Assembly: GCA_041752695.1 (NCBI GenBank)
Contig: JBGSVZ010000042.1
Coordinates: 22,064-86,063, forward strand
Direction: 5' to 3'
Source of the DNA: Terrimicrobiaceae bacterium
GTDB lineage: Bacteria > Verrucomicrobiota > Verrucomicrobiia > Chthoniobacterales > Terrimicrobiaceae
DNA length: 64,000 bases
Positions 26,864 through 36,402 of this stretch are shown in pieces. Below the pieces are notes generated by a model. It did no database searches. It was given only the letters and a program-made list of their open reading frames with translations, and had not been told where the DNA came from. A program made the translations under genes and the position numbers. The first letter of the stretch is position 1. Every line of letters begins with the position of its first letter.

Positions 26864-27988
26864 ATGCGCATTGCCTTCGCCATGATCAACTGCAACCGCC
26901 GCGACGGCAGTGCGCGGGCGGTGAATGAGGTCGCCGAGCGGCTTGCGCGCCGCGGCCACCAGGTGGATCTCTACGCTCGCCGGGCCGAGGATCTCGATCT
27001 CACGGCCGTCCGCTGGCACAAGGTTCCGGGACCTGACCGGCCGGAAGTGGCGGACTTTTGGAGTTACCACACCGCGGTGAATCGCACCCTGCGCACGCAC
27101 GACTACGACATCGTCCATTCCATCGGGCCGAACACCCTCCGCGCCAATGTTGTGACCATCCAAAACATCCAGCCAGCGAAGCGGGAAATTCTCGCGCAGT
27201 TCGCGGCGGAGGAAAACGTTTCGACCCTGCGGCGTTTCACCCGAAATTTGTATCTGCGCGTGACCAGCGCCGCGGAGAAAAAACTCTACACGCGCCAACC
27301 CGGTCCGCTTTTCCTTCCGGTCTCGCGCGGGGTGGAAAGCGAACTCCGCCGGTATTACGCCATCGGGAATTCGCCCGTTCGCATCGTGCCGAACGCTGCC
27401 GACACCGCCATTTTCCGACCGCAATCCCGGGAAAAAAATCTCGCCTGGAGGGCAGCGAATGGGTTGGGGCCGGAAGATCGCGTCTGTTTGTTTTCCGGCG
27501 GCGAATGGGCGCGCAAGGGTCTCGATCTGGCCATTCGCGCAATGGCAGAGGTGGACGCCCAGCTATTTGTCGCGGGCGACGATCCGGACCGCGAACGCTT
27601 CAAGAGCCTGGCGAGGGATTGCGGCGCGAGAGTGATCTTCGGAGGGTTCCGCCAGGACATGGCGGCGGACATGGCGGCGGCGGATGTTTTTCTTTTTCCC
27701 AGCCACTACGAAGCCTTCAGCCTGGCCACGATCGAAGCGGCGGCCTGCGGACTCCCGATCGTCGCCACCAAAATCAATGGCACTGAGGACTTCATCCAGC
27801 CCGGGGTGAACGGAGAGTTTGTCCTCCCCGATCCGGCCCACATCGCGAGCGTCCTCCGGCCGCTCCTCGCCGCGCCAGAAGCTCTGCAAGCCATGGGGGA
27901 ACGCGGGCGCGATATCGTGGAGAAAAACTACACATGGGATCGTGTTGCCGATCTCACCGAGGAGGCTTACAAGACGGTGCTCCCATGA
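26864..27988 (+). CDS. Glycosyltransferase family 4
   Basis: VPNAAD, RKG, PSHYEAFSLATIEAAACGLP. Confidence 0.92.
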   Translation: MRIAFAMINCNRRDGSARAVNEVAERLARRGHQVDLYARRAEDLDLTAVRWHKVPGPDRPEVADFWSYHTAVNRTLRTHDYDIVHSIGPNTLRANVVTIQNIQPAKREILAQFAAEENVSTLRRFTRNLYLRVTSAAEKKLYTRQPGPLFLPVSRGVESELRRYYAIGNSPVRIVPNAADTAIFRPQSREKNLAWRAANGLGPEDRVCLFSGGEWARKGLDLAIRAMAEVDAQLFVAGDDPDRERFKSLARDCGARVIFGGFRQDMAADMAAADVFLFPSHYEAFSLATIEAAACGLPIVATKINGTEDFIQPGVNGEFVLPDPAHIASVLRPLLAAPEALQAMGERGRDIVEKNYTWDRVADLTEEAYKTVLP

Positions 27989-29136
27989 GACTTCTTGTTG
28001 TCAGTCACTCCTGCGCCACCGCGGCGAATCAGCGCCTGTACGGCGAACTCGAGTCTCTCACCGGATGGAAACTGACCCTGGTCATTCCTTCGCCCTGGAA
28101 AGATGAATTCGGCAACACCCTCGACGAGAAACCCTGGCCGGGCTTCGCGGGACACATTCGAAAAATTCCCGTTCTCGGCAACGGCAACATCATTTTGCAT
28201 GTCTATCGGACCGCCTGGGCCTCGTGGCTCAAACGCGAACGGTTCGATGCGATCTACGTGAACCACGAACCCTACGCACTCGCCACCGCCCAGGTCTGTC
28301 TGGCCAACCGCGGACTCCCCTCGGCGTTCGGATTTTATTCGTGTCAGAATATTGCGAAAAAATACCCCTTCCCCATCGCGAGATTGGAACGCCTGGTTTA
28401 CGAAAACAGCCGCTTTGCCTTCCCGATCACCAATGCCGTGGCCGATGTTCTGCGGGCCAAAGGGTACCGCGGTTCGGCCACCGTCTGCCCGCTTCCGGTC
28501 GATCCGGCACTCTACCGTCCGTTCGGCGATGCCGACGCGGCGAGCTTGCTGCCGCGGGCATCCGGCGAAGTCGTGATCGGATTTGTCGGCCGTCTGGTCG
28601 AGCCGAAAGGACTGCGCACCCTGGCGGCGGCGCTGGGTCAGATCAAATCCCTCAAATGGAAACTGGTCCTGATCGGCACGGGCGAATTCGAGACAACCTT
28701 CCGCGGACTCCTGGCGGCGGAAGGCGTGGCGGAACGCGCGACGTTCCTTGGATATATTCCACACGAACAAACGCCGCGCTACCTTAGCGCCTTTGATCTG
28801 CTCGTGCTGCCCTCCGAGACGCAGCCCAATTGGAAGGAGCAGTTTGGCCGCGTGATTCCCGAGGCGTTGTCCTGTGGCACGCCGGTGGTCGGATCCGACT
28901 CCGGCGAGATTCCCCAGCTCATCACAGCGAGCGGAGGCGGGGTCATTTTCGCGGAAAAAAACGCCACCGAACTCGCGGCCAGTCTGCGTCGCCTGGCGGA
29001 AAATCCCCGGCTGCGGCGGGACCTTGCGGCCAAGGGCATGCAATGGACGGCAGAGACCATTTCGTTGAGCGCCGTCGCGACCAAAATGGCCGGCTCCATC
29101 GAACGCGCCGTGGAGTTCAAATCTCATGCGGCCTAG
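27985..29136 (+). CDS. Glycosyltransferase family 4
   Basis: FVGRLVEPKG, PSET..WKEQFGRVIPEALSCGTP. Confidence 0.92.
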   Translation: MRLLVVSHSCATAANQRLYGELESLTGWKLTLVIPSPWKDEFGNTLDEKPWPGFAGHIRKIPVLGNGNIILHVYRTAWASWLKRERFDAIYVNHEPYALATAQVCLANRGLPSAFGFYSCQNIAKKYPFPIARLERLVYENSRFAFPITNAVADVLRAKGYRGSATVCPLPVDPALYRPFGDADAASLLPRASGEVVIGFVGRLVEPKGLRTLAAALGQIKSLKWKLVLIGTGEFETTFRGLLAAEGVAERATFLGYIPHEQTPRYLSAFDLLVLPSETQPNWKEQFGRVIPEALSCGTPVVGSDSGEIPQLITASGGGVIFAEKNATELAASLRRLAENPRLRRDLAAKGMQWTAETISLSAVATKMAGSIERAVEFKSHAA

Positions 29137-29581
29137 AACCCCCGAGCAGCTCTGGGCGCTCTCCCGCCGGTTACATCGCGGAGGCTGGTTGCAACTGGCC
29201 CGCCTCGTCAAGCTGGCGAACTGGATGCTGCACAAATGCCTCCTGCCCGCCGAGGCCGTGGTGGGCGAAAATCTTTTGTTGGAGCACTACGCGCTCGGCG
29301 TGGTGATTCACCCGCAGGTGACGATCGGGGACAGCTGCCGGATTTTTCACCACGTCACCCTCGCCGCGGAGAGCGCCATCGGATCGGAGCACCGCATCGT
29401 GCTTGGCAACGGCGTGACCATCGGCGCGCATTCCATCGTGGTGGCCCGACACGACCATTCTCTCCATCTCGGCGAAGGCAGCGTGCTGGGTGCCGGATCC
29501 GTGCTTCTCACGAATGTCCCACCCTTTCAGGTCTGGGCAGGGAACCCCGCCGCTAAAATTAAAGACATTCCGCGGCCGTGA
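29126..29581 (+). CDS. Hexapeptide-repeat O-acetyltransferase (serine acetyltransferase-like)
   Basis: LEHYALGVVIHP, IFHHVTL, LGAGSV, AGNPA. Confidence 0.88.
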   Translation: MRPRTPEQLWALSRRLHRGGWLQLARLVKLANWMLHKCLLPAEAVVGENLLLEHYALGVVIHPQVTIGDSCRIFHHVTLAAESAIGSEHRIVLGNGVTIGAHSIVVARHDHSLHLGEGSVLGAGSVLLTNVPPFQVWAGNPAAKIKDIPRP

Positions 29582-30708
29582 AACATTTGCGCATCCTCGA
29601 AGTCGGCATGCACTTCGATCCGTCCGGCGGGGGTGCGGACCGCTATTTTTCCGGCCTCCTCGGCGGGCTTCAGGATCTCGGCGCGGACGTTTCCGCAGCC
29701 GCCTTCGGCCTTCCGGGACCGGAAATTGCGTCAGCCCTCCCACTGGGTGGTGCGATGACCGGACTGCTCGCCCGCCTCCAGGCGATCCGCCGGCTCCGCC
29801 CTGCCTTACGCGAGCCCGGGCGTCTGGTGGCAACACACTTTGCCTTGTATGCCCTCCCGCTTTCGCCTCTCCGTCACGTCCCGCATGTCGTGCATTTCCA
29901 CGGCCCCTGGGCGGGAGAATCCGCCCGGGAGGGTCAGAACGCCCTCGTCATTGCGGCCAAACGCTGGGTGGAACGACAAGTCTACGGCTCAGCCACCCGG
30001 CTGGTCGCGCTGTCCACGGCGTTTCGCGACATCCTTTGTTCAGAATACGGCGTGCCAGAACACCGCGTGTGCGTCATCCCGGGGGGGGTCGATATCTCCC
30101 GCTTCCGGCCCGCCGAAAATCAAACGGCGGCCCGGCTGCAAATCAACTGGCCTCCCGAGAAAAAAATCATTCTCTGCGTGCGCCGCCTGGTGAATCGCAT
30201 GGGCTTGGAAAATCTCGTCGCCGCCTTCGCCCAAATCGCGCCCCGCCATCCCGACGCCCTTCTGCACGTGGCAGGGCGCGGCCCGCTAGCCGAAGAACTG
30301 CGTGCACAGGCCACCGCTTTGGGCGTGAGCGACCAGGTTCGGCTGGTCGGTTTCCTTTCCGATCACGACCTGCCCACTGCCTATGCGGCGGCCGATTTTT
30401 CCATCGTTCCTTCCGGGGCCTTGGAAGGATTCGGCCTCATCACGCTCGAATCCCTCGCCTGCGGCACGCCGGTGCTGGTGACGCCGGTCGGCGGACTGCC
30501 CGAGGCGGTGAGCGCATTGGACCCCGGCTTGGTGCTGAAAGGATGCGATGTCGAAGCGCTGGCCGAGGGATTGGCCCGCGCTCTTGCGGGCGGTCTTCCG
30601 TCCTCACACGCCTGCCGGGAATACGCGGCGAACGGTTTTGCTTGGCCACAAATTGCCCGGCGGGTTCTGGCGGTGTATGAGGAGGCAGCGAATGATTCTT
30701 CTCGTTGA
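29578..30708 (+). CDS. Glycosyltransferase family 4
   Basis: HFHGPW, VRRLVNRMG, PSGALEGFGLITLESLACGTP. Confidence 0.92.
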   Translation: MKHLRILEVGMHFDPSGGGADRYFSGLLGGLQDLGADVSAAAFGLPGPEIASALPLGGAMTGLLARLQAIRRLRPALREPGRLVATHFALYALPLSPLRHVPHVVHFHGPWAGESAREGQNALVIAAKRWVERQVYGSATRLVALSTAFRDILCSEYGVPEHRVCVIPGGVDISRFRPAENQTAARLQINWPPEKKIILCVRRLVNRMGLENLVAAFAQIAPRHPDALLHVAGRGPLAEELRAQATALGVSDQVRLVGFLSDHDLPTAYAAADFSIVPSGALEGFGLITLESLACGTPVLVTPVGGLPEAVSALDPGLVLKGCDVEALAEGLARALAGGLPSSHACREYAANGFAWPQIARRVLAVYEEAANDSSR

Positions 30709-31828
30709 CCAAAGCGGACAACTCGGCGGAGCGGAACTCTGCCTAGCCGATCTCGCCATGCATCGCCGGCACGATGCCAAAGTGGTGCTCTTTTCCGAAG
30801 GTCCCTTTGCCGACCACTTGCGGGATCGCCAGATCACGACGGAAGTCCTTCCCCTCCCCGGTGCCGCCTCCCGCATCACCAAAACGACTTCCGCTCTCAC
30901 TCTGGCCGCCAGTCTGCCCGCGCAGCTCTCTCATGGACTCGCCCTGAGGCGGAGAATTCGCGAAGCCCGCCTGGTTTATCTCAATACGGCCAAGGCGCTC
31001 GTTTACGGCACCGCGGCGAATTTTCCGCACCTAAGACCAGCCGTTTATCACCTCCACGATCTGCTCGATCCCAGGCATTTCAGCGCGACCAATATCCGCG
31101 TCCTCGTCGCCGCAGCCAACCGTGCCCAAATCGTCATCGCGAACTCCCGCGCCACGGCCGAAGCCTTCACCGAGGCTGGCGGACACACCCGGACAGAAAT
31201 TGTCCCCAACGGCTTCGACCCCGCGCCTTTTGATGCCGTCTCCGACGCGCAAGCTGCCGCCTTGCGGGCGGAACTGAATCCCGAAGGCCTCCCCGTCGCC
31301 GCCATCTTCGGACGACTCGCCCGATGGAAAGGGCAGGATGTTCTGCTCCGCGCCGCCGCCCGTCTGCCGGAACTCGCGGTCTGGGTTGTCGGGGACGCCC
31401 TTTTTACGGACGATGACCGCGCCTACGCCGAAGAGGTCCGCAAACTCGCCGCCGGGCTCGGGTCCCGGGTGAAATTTTTGGGGTTCCGCCCGGACATCCC
31501 GGCCTTGATGAAGGCGGCGGACATCGTCGTGCACTGCTCCACTGCGCCGGAACCTTTCGGTCGCGTTCTGGTCGAAGCCATGCTCGCCCGCCGTCCGGTC
31601 GTGGCCGCCAGGGCGGGCGGACCCATTGAAATTCTGGACGACAATTCCGCCGGCCGTCTGGTTTCCCCAGGTGACGTCAGTTCCCTCGAGGACGCTCTCC
31701 GCCGTCTCCTCCAGTCCCCAGCGGAACGCGAAAAACTCGGGCTCGCCGGACGTCGGCGCGCGGAGGCTGAATATTCCTTGTCCCGCGTCCTGGCCCGCAC
31801 CGACGCCATCCTGGCTTCACTTTCATGA
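30692..31828 (+). CDS. Glycosyltransferase family 4
   Basis: GGAELCL, FGRLARWKGQ, PEPFGRVLVEAM. Confidence 0.92.
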   Translation: MILLVDQSGQLGGAELCLADLAMHRRHDAKVVLFSEGPFADHLRDRQITTEVLPLPGAASRITKTTSALTLAASLPAQLSHGLALRRRIREARLVYLNTAKALVYGTAANFPHLRPAVYHLHDLLDPRHFSATNIRVLVAAANRAQIVIANSRATAEAFTEAGGHTRTEIVPNGFDPAPFDAVSDAQAAALRAELNPEGLPVAAIFGRLARWKGQDVLLRAAARLPELAVWVVGDALFTDDDRAYAEEVRKLAAGLGSRVKFLGFRPDIPALMKAADIVVHCSTAPEPFGRVLVEAMLARRPVVAARAGGPIEILDDNSAGRLVSPGDVSSLEDALRRLLQSPAEREKLGLAGRRRAEAEYSLSRVLARTDAILASLS

Positions 31829-32907
31829 AACTCGTCCTCGCTCACGACTATCTCATCCAGATGGGCGGCGCGGAACGCGTGCTTGCTGCCATGCACCGGC
31901 ACTACCCGCAGGCACCCATCTACACAAGCGCGGTGGCCCGGGACATTCTCTGGCAGGATTTTAACGATGCCGACATCCGCACCTCCTGGCTGCAAAATGC
32001 CCCGCTCATCCGGCACCACACCCATTTCAAAAAATACCTTCCCCTTTACCCCGCCGCGTTCCGATCGTTCGGGCGCGTAAAGGCGGACTGCGCCTGGATC
32101 AGTTCCAGCACCTTTGCCAAATACATGCGTTTTGCTCCAGGCACCCGCACGGTGTGTTACGTTCACAACCCCACCCGCTTTCTTTGGCAGACGGACGAAT
32201 ACCTTGATCACGAGGTCGGGAATTCGGCCATCAACCGCCTGATCCGTCTCGCCCTCCCGATCTTGCGCCGACGGGACATCGCCGCGGTCCGTCGGCTCGA
32301 CGTCCTGGTCGCCAATTCTCACAACGTCCAGGAGCGCATCCGGCGCTGTTACGGTCGCGAATCGATCGTCATTCCCCCGCCGGTACAAACCCACCGTTTC
32401 ACCCTCTCCGAATCGAGCGAGGATTTTTACCTCATCGTCTCTCGCCTGCTCGGATACAAGAATGTCGATCTCGCCGTGCGGGCGTTTTCCCGCAGTGGAA
32501 AAAATCTCATCGTCCTCGGCGACGGACCACAGCGGGAGGCCTTGGAAAAACTCGCCGGCCCCTCCGTGCAAATCCTCGGCCGCCTCCCCGATCCGGAAGT
32601 TCTCGCGCACTTCCGACGCTGCCGGGCATTTTTGTTCCCTGGGCACGAAGATTTCGGCATCACTCCCGTCGAGGCCATGGCCTGCGGCAAACCGGTCATC
32701 GCCCTCCAAAAAGGCGGGGCGCTGGAAACCGTCGTCGAAGGTCTCACCGGAGTCTTTTTTGACGAACCCAACGCCGATGCCCTGACCGCCGCGGTGGAAA
32801 AAAGCGAAAAAATCCGCTGGGAACCGCGCCGCATTCGCGCCCACGCCGAACAATTTTCCGAGCAGGGTTTTTTGGAAAAAATGGACGCCGTCCTGTTCGG
32901 TCAGTAG
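31825..32907 (+). CDS. Glycosyltransferase family 4 (mannosyltransferase-like)
   Basis: HDYL..GGAERV, SRL..YK, EDFGITPVEAMACG. Confidence 0.92.
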   Translation: MKLVLAHDYLIQMGGAERVLAAMHRHYPQAPIYTSAVARDILWQDFNDADIRTSWLQNAPLIRHHTHFKKYLPLYPAAFRSFGRVKADCAWISSSTFAKYMRFAPGTRTVCYVHNPTRFLWQTDEYLDHEVGNSAINRLIRLALPILRRRDIAAVRRLDVLVANSHNVQERIRRCYGRESIVIPPPVQTHRFTLSESSEDFYLIVSRLLGYKNVDLAVRAFSRSGKNLIVLGDGPQREALEKLAGPSVQILGRLPDPEVLAHFRRCRAFLFPGHEDFGITPVEAMACGKPVIALQKGGALETVVEGLTGVFFDEPNADALTAAVEKSEKIRWEPRRIRAHAEQFSEQGFLEKMDAVLFGQ

Positions 32908-34304
32908 GCCGTCTTGGGAGGCCGCACCAAATGCAGGGCGGTCACCCAGACAATCCGGATGTCCAGCAAAAGTGACCACGTCTCGATGTATTCGATGTCA
33001 CACTCGACCCGGCGAACCACATCCTCCCGCGTCGCGGTTTCCCCCCGGAACCCGCGGATCTGCGCCAGCCCCGTGATTCCCGGCTTCACAAACCCCCGGA
33101 TGCGGTAGGAAGACATCACCTCGGCAAAAATCATGTCATGCTGGGGCATGTGGGGACGCGGCCCGACCAGACTCATGTGGCCGAGCAGCACATTAAAAAA
33201 CTGCGGGAACTCATCCAGACTAAAACGGCGGAGCAGGCTCCCCGCCGGATAAATCCGACTATCCGCCACCGTTGCCTGCTTGCCGGAATCCACCGGACTC
33301 GCATACATGCTGCGAAACTTGAAGATGGCGAAGGGCCGGTTGTCCGTTCCAGACCGAAGCTGACGGAAAAACACCGGACCGGGCGCCTGCATGCGCTGAA
33401 CAATCCAAACGATGACGACCAACGGTGGCAGAACAAAAACCACCACGGGAAGACTCAGCGTGATATCGAGGGCGCGTTTGACAGCGCGATTCACCAGGTT
33501 CTGCAAGGGCTCTTCCCGCAGCTCAATCAGGTCCACATTGTCGCAGCGAAAATACGAGAGCCGGCGTTGCAAAAACACGTCGAGGTCGTTGACCAACGAC
33601 ACCCGGCAACCCCGCGCCTCGGCCAGGCGCATCCACCCGCCCAACATCCGCCGGTCCCGCGGACTTCCCAGGATGAAGATGTTTTCCACATCCTGCTCGG
33701 TGAGGATCTTTTCGAGATCATCGGGATCGCCGAGTTTGGCCAGTCCGGGAGGCAATTCGTCGGGTGAGGCATCCGTCACGATGCCCATGGTTTCCAAACC
33801 AAACAATTTCGCCTTGGTCAAGAGCGACTGGACATGGGGAATCTCCGAGGGCTGGCCGACCAGCAGGAGACGCTGCCTTTGATGCCGCAGAAAGAAGCGC
33901 AGGATATCGAGCGCGAAAAACCGGGTGAAAATCAACAACACCACGTAGGTGAGCGGCAAAAATGTGAAGAGGAAAAGCCGGGAAATCACCTGCTCCTTCG
34001 TCAGCACAAGAAACATACAGGAGATTGCCCCGGCAAAAACGACCGGGGTCCAGATCAACCGGTGGCTTTCGACCACTCCAGAGGAGACGGAGAGAATGTC
34101 GTTCTGTCGGGAGGTCAGGAACGCGACCTGAAAAGCCAGGGCGGTGGCGAGGAAATATTCAAAATAGTTCGTCGACCCGGCCAGCGTCACCCCGGGCACC
34201 AGCCGGTCGAGCACGAAGAAGTACACCCAGTACAACACACTCATCACGAGGGTCACCCCGATCTGATACGCTTGGATCAGGCCAAGCTCACGATGCTGAA
34301 ACAT
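32901..34304 (-). CDS. Polyprenyl-phosphate sugar phosphotransferase (WcaJ/WbaP-like priming glycosyltransferase)
   Basis: N-terminal TMs, KRALD, KFRSM, SLDEFPQ, MSLVGPRP, KPGITGLAQ, WSLLLD. Confidence 0.94.
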   Translation of the reverse strand: MFQHRELGLIQAYQIGVTLVMSVLYWVYFFVLDRLVPGVTLAGSTNYFEYFLATALAFQVAFLTSRQNDILSVSSGVVESHRLIWTPVVFAGAISCMFLVLTKEQVISRLFLFTFLPLTYVVLLIFTRFFALDILRFFLRHQRQRLLLVGQPSEIPHVQSLLTKAKLFGLETMGIVTDASPDELPPGLAKLGDPDDLEKILTEQDVENIFILGSPRDRRMLGGWMRLAEARGCRVSLVNDLDVFLQRRLSYFRCDNVDLIELREEPLQNLVNRAVKRALDITLSLPVVVFVLPPLVVIVWIVQRMQAPGPVFFRQLRSGTDNRPFAIFKFRSMYASPVDSGKQATVADSRIYPAGSLLRRFSLDEFPQFFNVLLGHMSLVGPRPHMPQHDMIFAEVMSSYRIRGFVKPGITGLAQIRGFRGETATREDVVRRVECDIEYIETWSLLLDIRIVWVTALHLVRPPKTAY

Positions 34305-34460
34305 ACCGGCAAATTAACAACGAATTGAGGGAAGCTGATTACCCCCACAAACTCCTCACGGCAAGAGGGTTCCAGAGTTTCTAGCGAGATTCGATGCCGG
34401 ACAAATTTTGGCCAGCACGGATGGATGCTCCGTAAACGTCGTCCGCGGGAAGGTTCCGGC

Positions 34461-34483
34461 GTTGAAGTCCAGTCTTCAGGCTG
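34461..34483. repeat. Degenerate half copy of the REP-like element
   Basis: GTTGAAGTCCAGTCTTCAGGCTG matches the reverse complement of 26059-26081 at 21 of 23 positions. Confidence 0.65.
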
Positions 34484-34695
34484 CTCCGAACGGCATACCG
34501 CGAACCCTGCCCGTCGGCACATGTCCGGGACACTCTCCAAGTCATGCCCCACCCAACGGCAAGGCCCATGGAAAAACCGCTGCGGGGAACCATCCGTGGC
34601 GCGCACCGGCGGGAGAAAGCCCTTCCCCTCGCGCGAACCCAACTCCTTGGGTGGTGCAGTATGCGGAGAGGTGCCAGCGCGAGTTTGTCGTGGGA

Positions 34696-34714
34696 TTGAC
34701 AGTGGCTAGTCCAC
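34696..34714 (+). promoter_or_regulatory. -35 box and candidate GntR operator
   Basis: TTGACA immediately followed by the near-palindrome GTGGCTAGTCCAC, 16 bp before the gntR ATG. Confidence 0.55.
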
Positions 34715-34730
34715 CATCCACCATGCCATC

Positions 34731-35483
34731 ATGATCGAGACACGGAATGTCCATCAGCAGTTGATTGAGCTCTGCCAGCAGGATTTGGCGGCGGGACGCT
34801 GGCGTCCGGGCGAGCAGTTTCCCTCGGAACGGGAATTGGCGTCCAAGCATGCAATCAGCCGGGCCACGGCAAACAAGGTCCTGGCAAAGCTGGTCAGCGA
34901 GGGTTGGCTGGAGATGCGCAAAGGAATTGGCTGCTTTGTGGCCGAAAGGCCTTCTCTTTTCACTTCGCTGAGGCGGATAGAGAGTTTTACGGAATTCGCC
35001 AGGGCACAGGGCCACCGTCCCTCGACGCGGTTGGTAGAATTTCAGTCCAGCACGATCCCTCCCGAGCCCGCGCGAGCTACTTTGGCGTCAGGGGATTCAT
35101 CGCGGGTGATGTTTATGCGTCGACTGCGCCTGATCGATGACGAGGTGGTCATTATGGAGGAGCGATGGTTGCCAGCCGCTTTGTATCCGCGGCTGAGAGC
35201 AAAACATCTCGAAGGATCTTTTTACCAACTGTGCCGGGAACGGTATGGGCTGAGCGTGCAGCGCGAGGAGGCGGAGGTGAGGGCCTCGGAAGCTCCGGAA
35301 TGGCCGGGAGTCCGATGGACCGTGCCGGCCCTACGCCTGGCAGGCTTCGGATTTGATGCCGGTCGTCGGCCGCTCTGGTATCAGGTGCTCTATTATCACG
35401 GCGGTCGATTTATTCTCAATAATGTCGTGGATAATGCGGCGGCGGTTCCCCGACTAGAACTCAATTTTCAGACTAAATCCTAA
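34731..35483 (+). CDS. GntR-family (HutC/UTRA-type) transcriptional regulator
   Basis: FPSERELA...ISRATA...GIGCFV HTH plus UTRA-like domain. Confidence 0.92.
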   Translation: MIETRNVHQQLIELCQQDLAAGRWRPGEQFPSERELASKHAISRATANKVLAKLVSEGWLEMRKGIGCFVAERPSLFTSLRRIESFTEFARAQGHRPSTRLVEFQSSTIPPEPARATLASGDSSRVMFMRRLRLIDDEVVIMEERWLPAALYPRLRAKHLEGSFYQLCRERYGLSVQREEAEVRASEAPEWPGVRWTVPALRLAGFGFDAGRRPLWYQVLYYHGGRFILNNVVDNAAAVPRLELNFQTKS

Positions 35484-35495
35484 CCTCTCCTACTT

Positions 35496-36266
35496 ATGAA
35501 ACAACCCAGTGTAAATGAATTAGCCAAGATGATCGACCACTCCCTACTGCATCCTACGATGTCGGATGAAGAAGTACAGACAGGCTGCGAGCTTTCCCGC
35601 GATTACGGCGTGGCGACGGCCTGCCTAAAGCCCTATGCCATCCGCCAGGCCCTGGGGATCTTTCAAGGCACGGACGTGATGGCGTGCGCGGTAATTGGGT
35701 TTCCGCACGGAAACAGCACAACGGGCATCAAGGTGATCGAGGCGGAATCCGCAGCACTCGCTGGAGCAAGAGAAATCGACATGGTCGTGAACAACGGCAA
35801 GGTGAAGAGCGGCGCATGGGATTACGTACAGCGCGAAATCGCCCTGATCAACGAGGTGGTCGTGGCGAGCGGCTCGATCCTGAAGGTGATTTTTGAGAAC
35901 GACTTTTTGAACGAAGCGGAAATCATCAGGCAGTGTGAAATTTGCTCGGAGGTGAATGTGGCCTTTGTGAAAACCTCCACAGGATACGGCTTTGTCAAGC
36001 AGGCCGACGGACAGTATAATTATAGGGGTGCCACGACCGAGCACCTCAAGTTGATGCGCCAGCACACGGCACCTCATATTCAGATAAAAGCCGCGGGCGG
36101 CTTGCGCACGCTCGACGATCTTCTTTTGATGCGCGAACTGGGCGTCACCCGCATTGGTGCCACGGCCACCAGGGCGATTCTCAACGAGGCGATCAAACGA
36201 GGTTTTGTTGGATCCCTGCCGCGTCCGCATCTGGATGGAACTGCCGCTATCCCAGCGGGTTATTGA
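35496..36266 (+). CDS. deoC: Deoxyribose-phosphate aldolase
   Basis: IDHSLL, VIGFPHG, EIDMV, KVIFE, VKTSTG, KAAGG, terminal Tyr. Confidence 0.95.
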   Translation: MKQPSVNELAKMIDHSLLHPTMSDEEVQTGCELSRDYGVATACLKPYAIRQALGIFQGTDVMACAVIGFPHGNSTTGIKVIEAESAALAGAREIDMVVNNGKVKSGAWDYVQREIALINEVVVASGSILKVIFENDFLNEAEIIRQCEICSEVNVAFVKTSTGYGFVKQADGQYNYRGATTEHLKLMRQHTAPHIQIKAAGGLRTLDDLLLMRELGVTRIGATATRAILNEAIKRGFVGSLPRPHLDGTAAIPAGY

Positions 36267-36402
36267 GCCAGATTGACGAAACGGAAAACTCTTAGGTCAT
36301 CGAGAAAAGGGGAGGAAAGGAGGCCTGTCTCTCATGTCCACATTACGGCGTTGGGGAACCGCCCCGACGGTGAGGGACTACCGCAAGACTTGCCGTCCGC
36401 GA

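Noticed and set aside
34305..34730. Possible riboswitch/ncRNA or small CDS in the long intergenic region
   Set aside because: No riboswitch consensus recognised by eye and the ORFs lack motifs; an Rfam search would be needed
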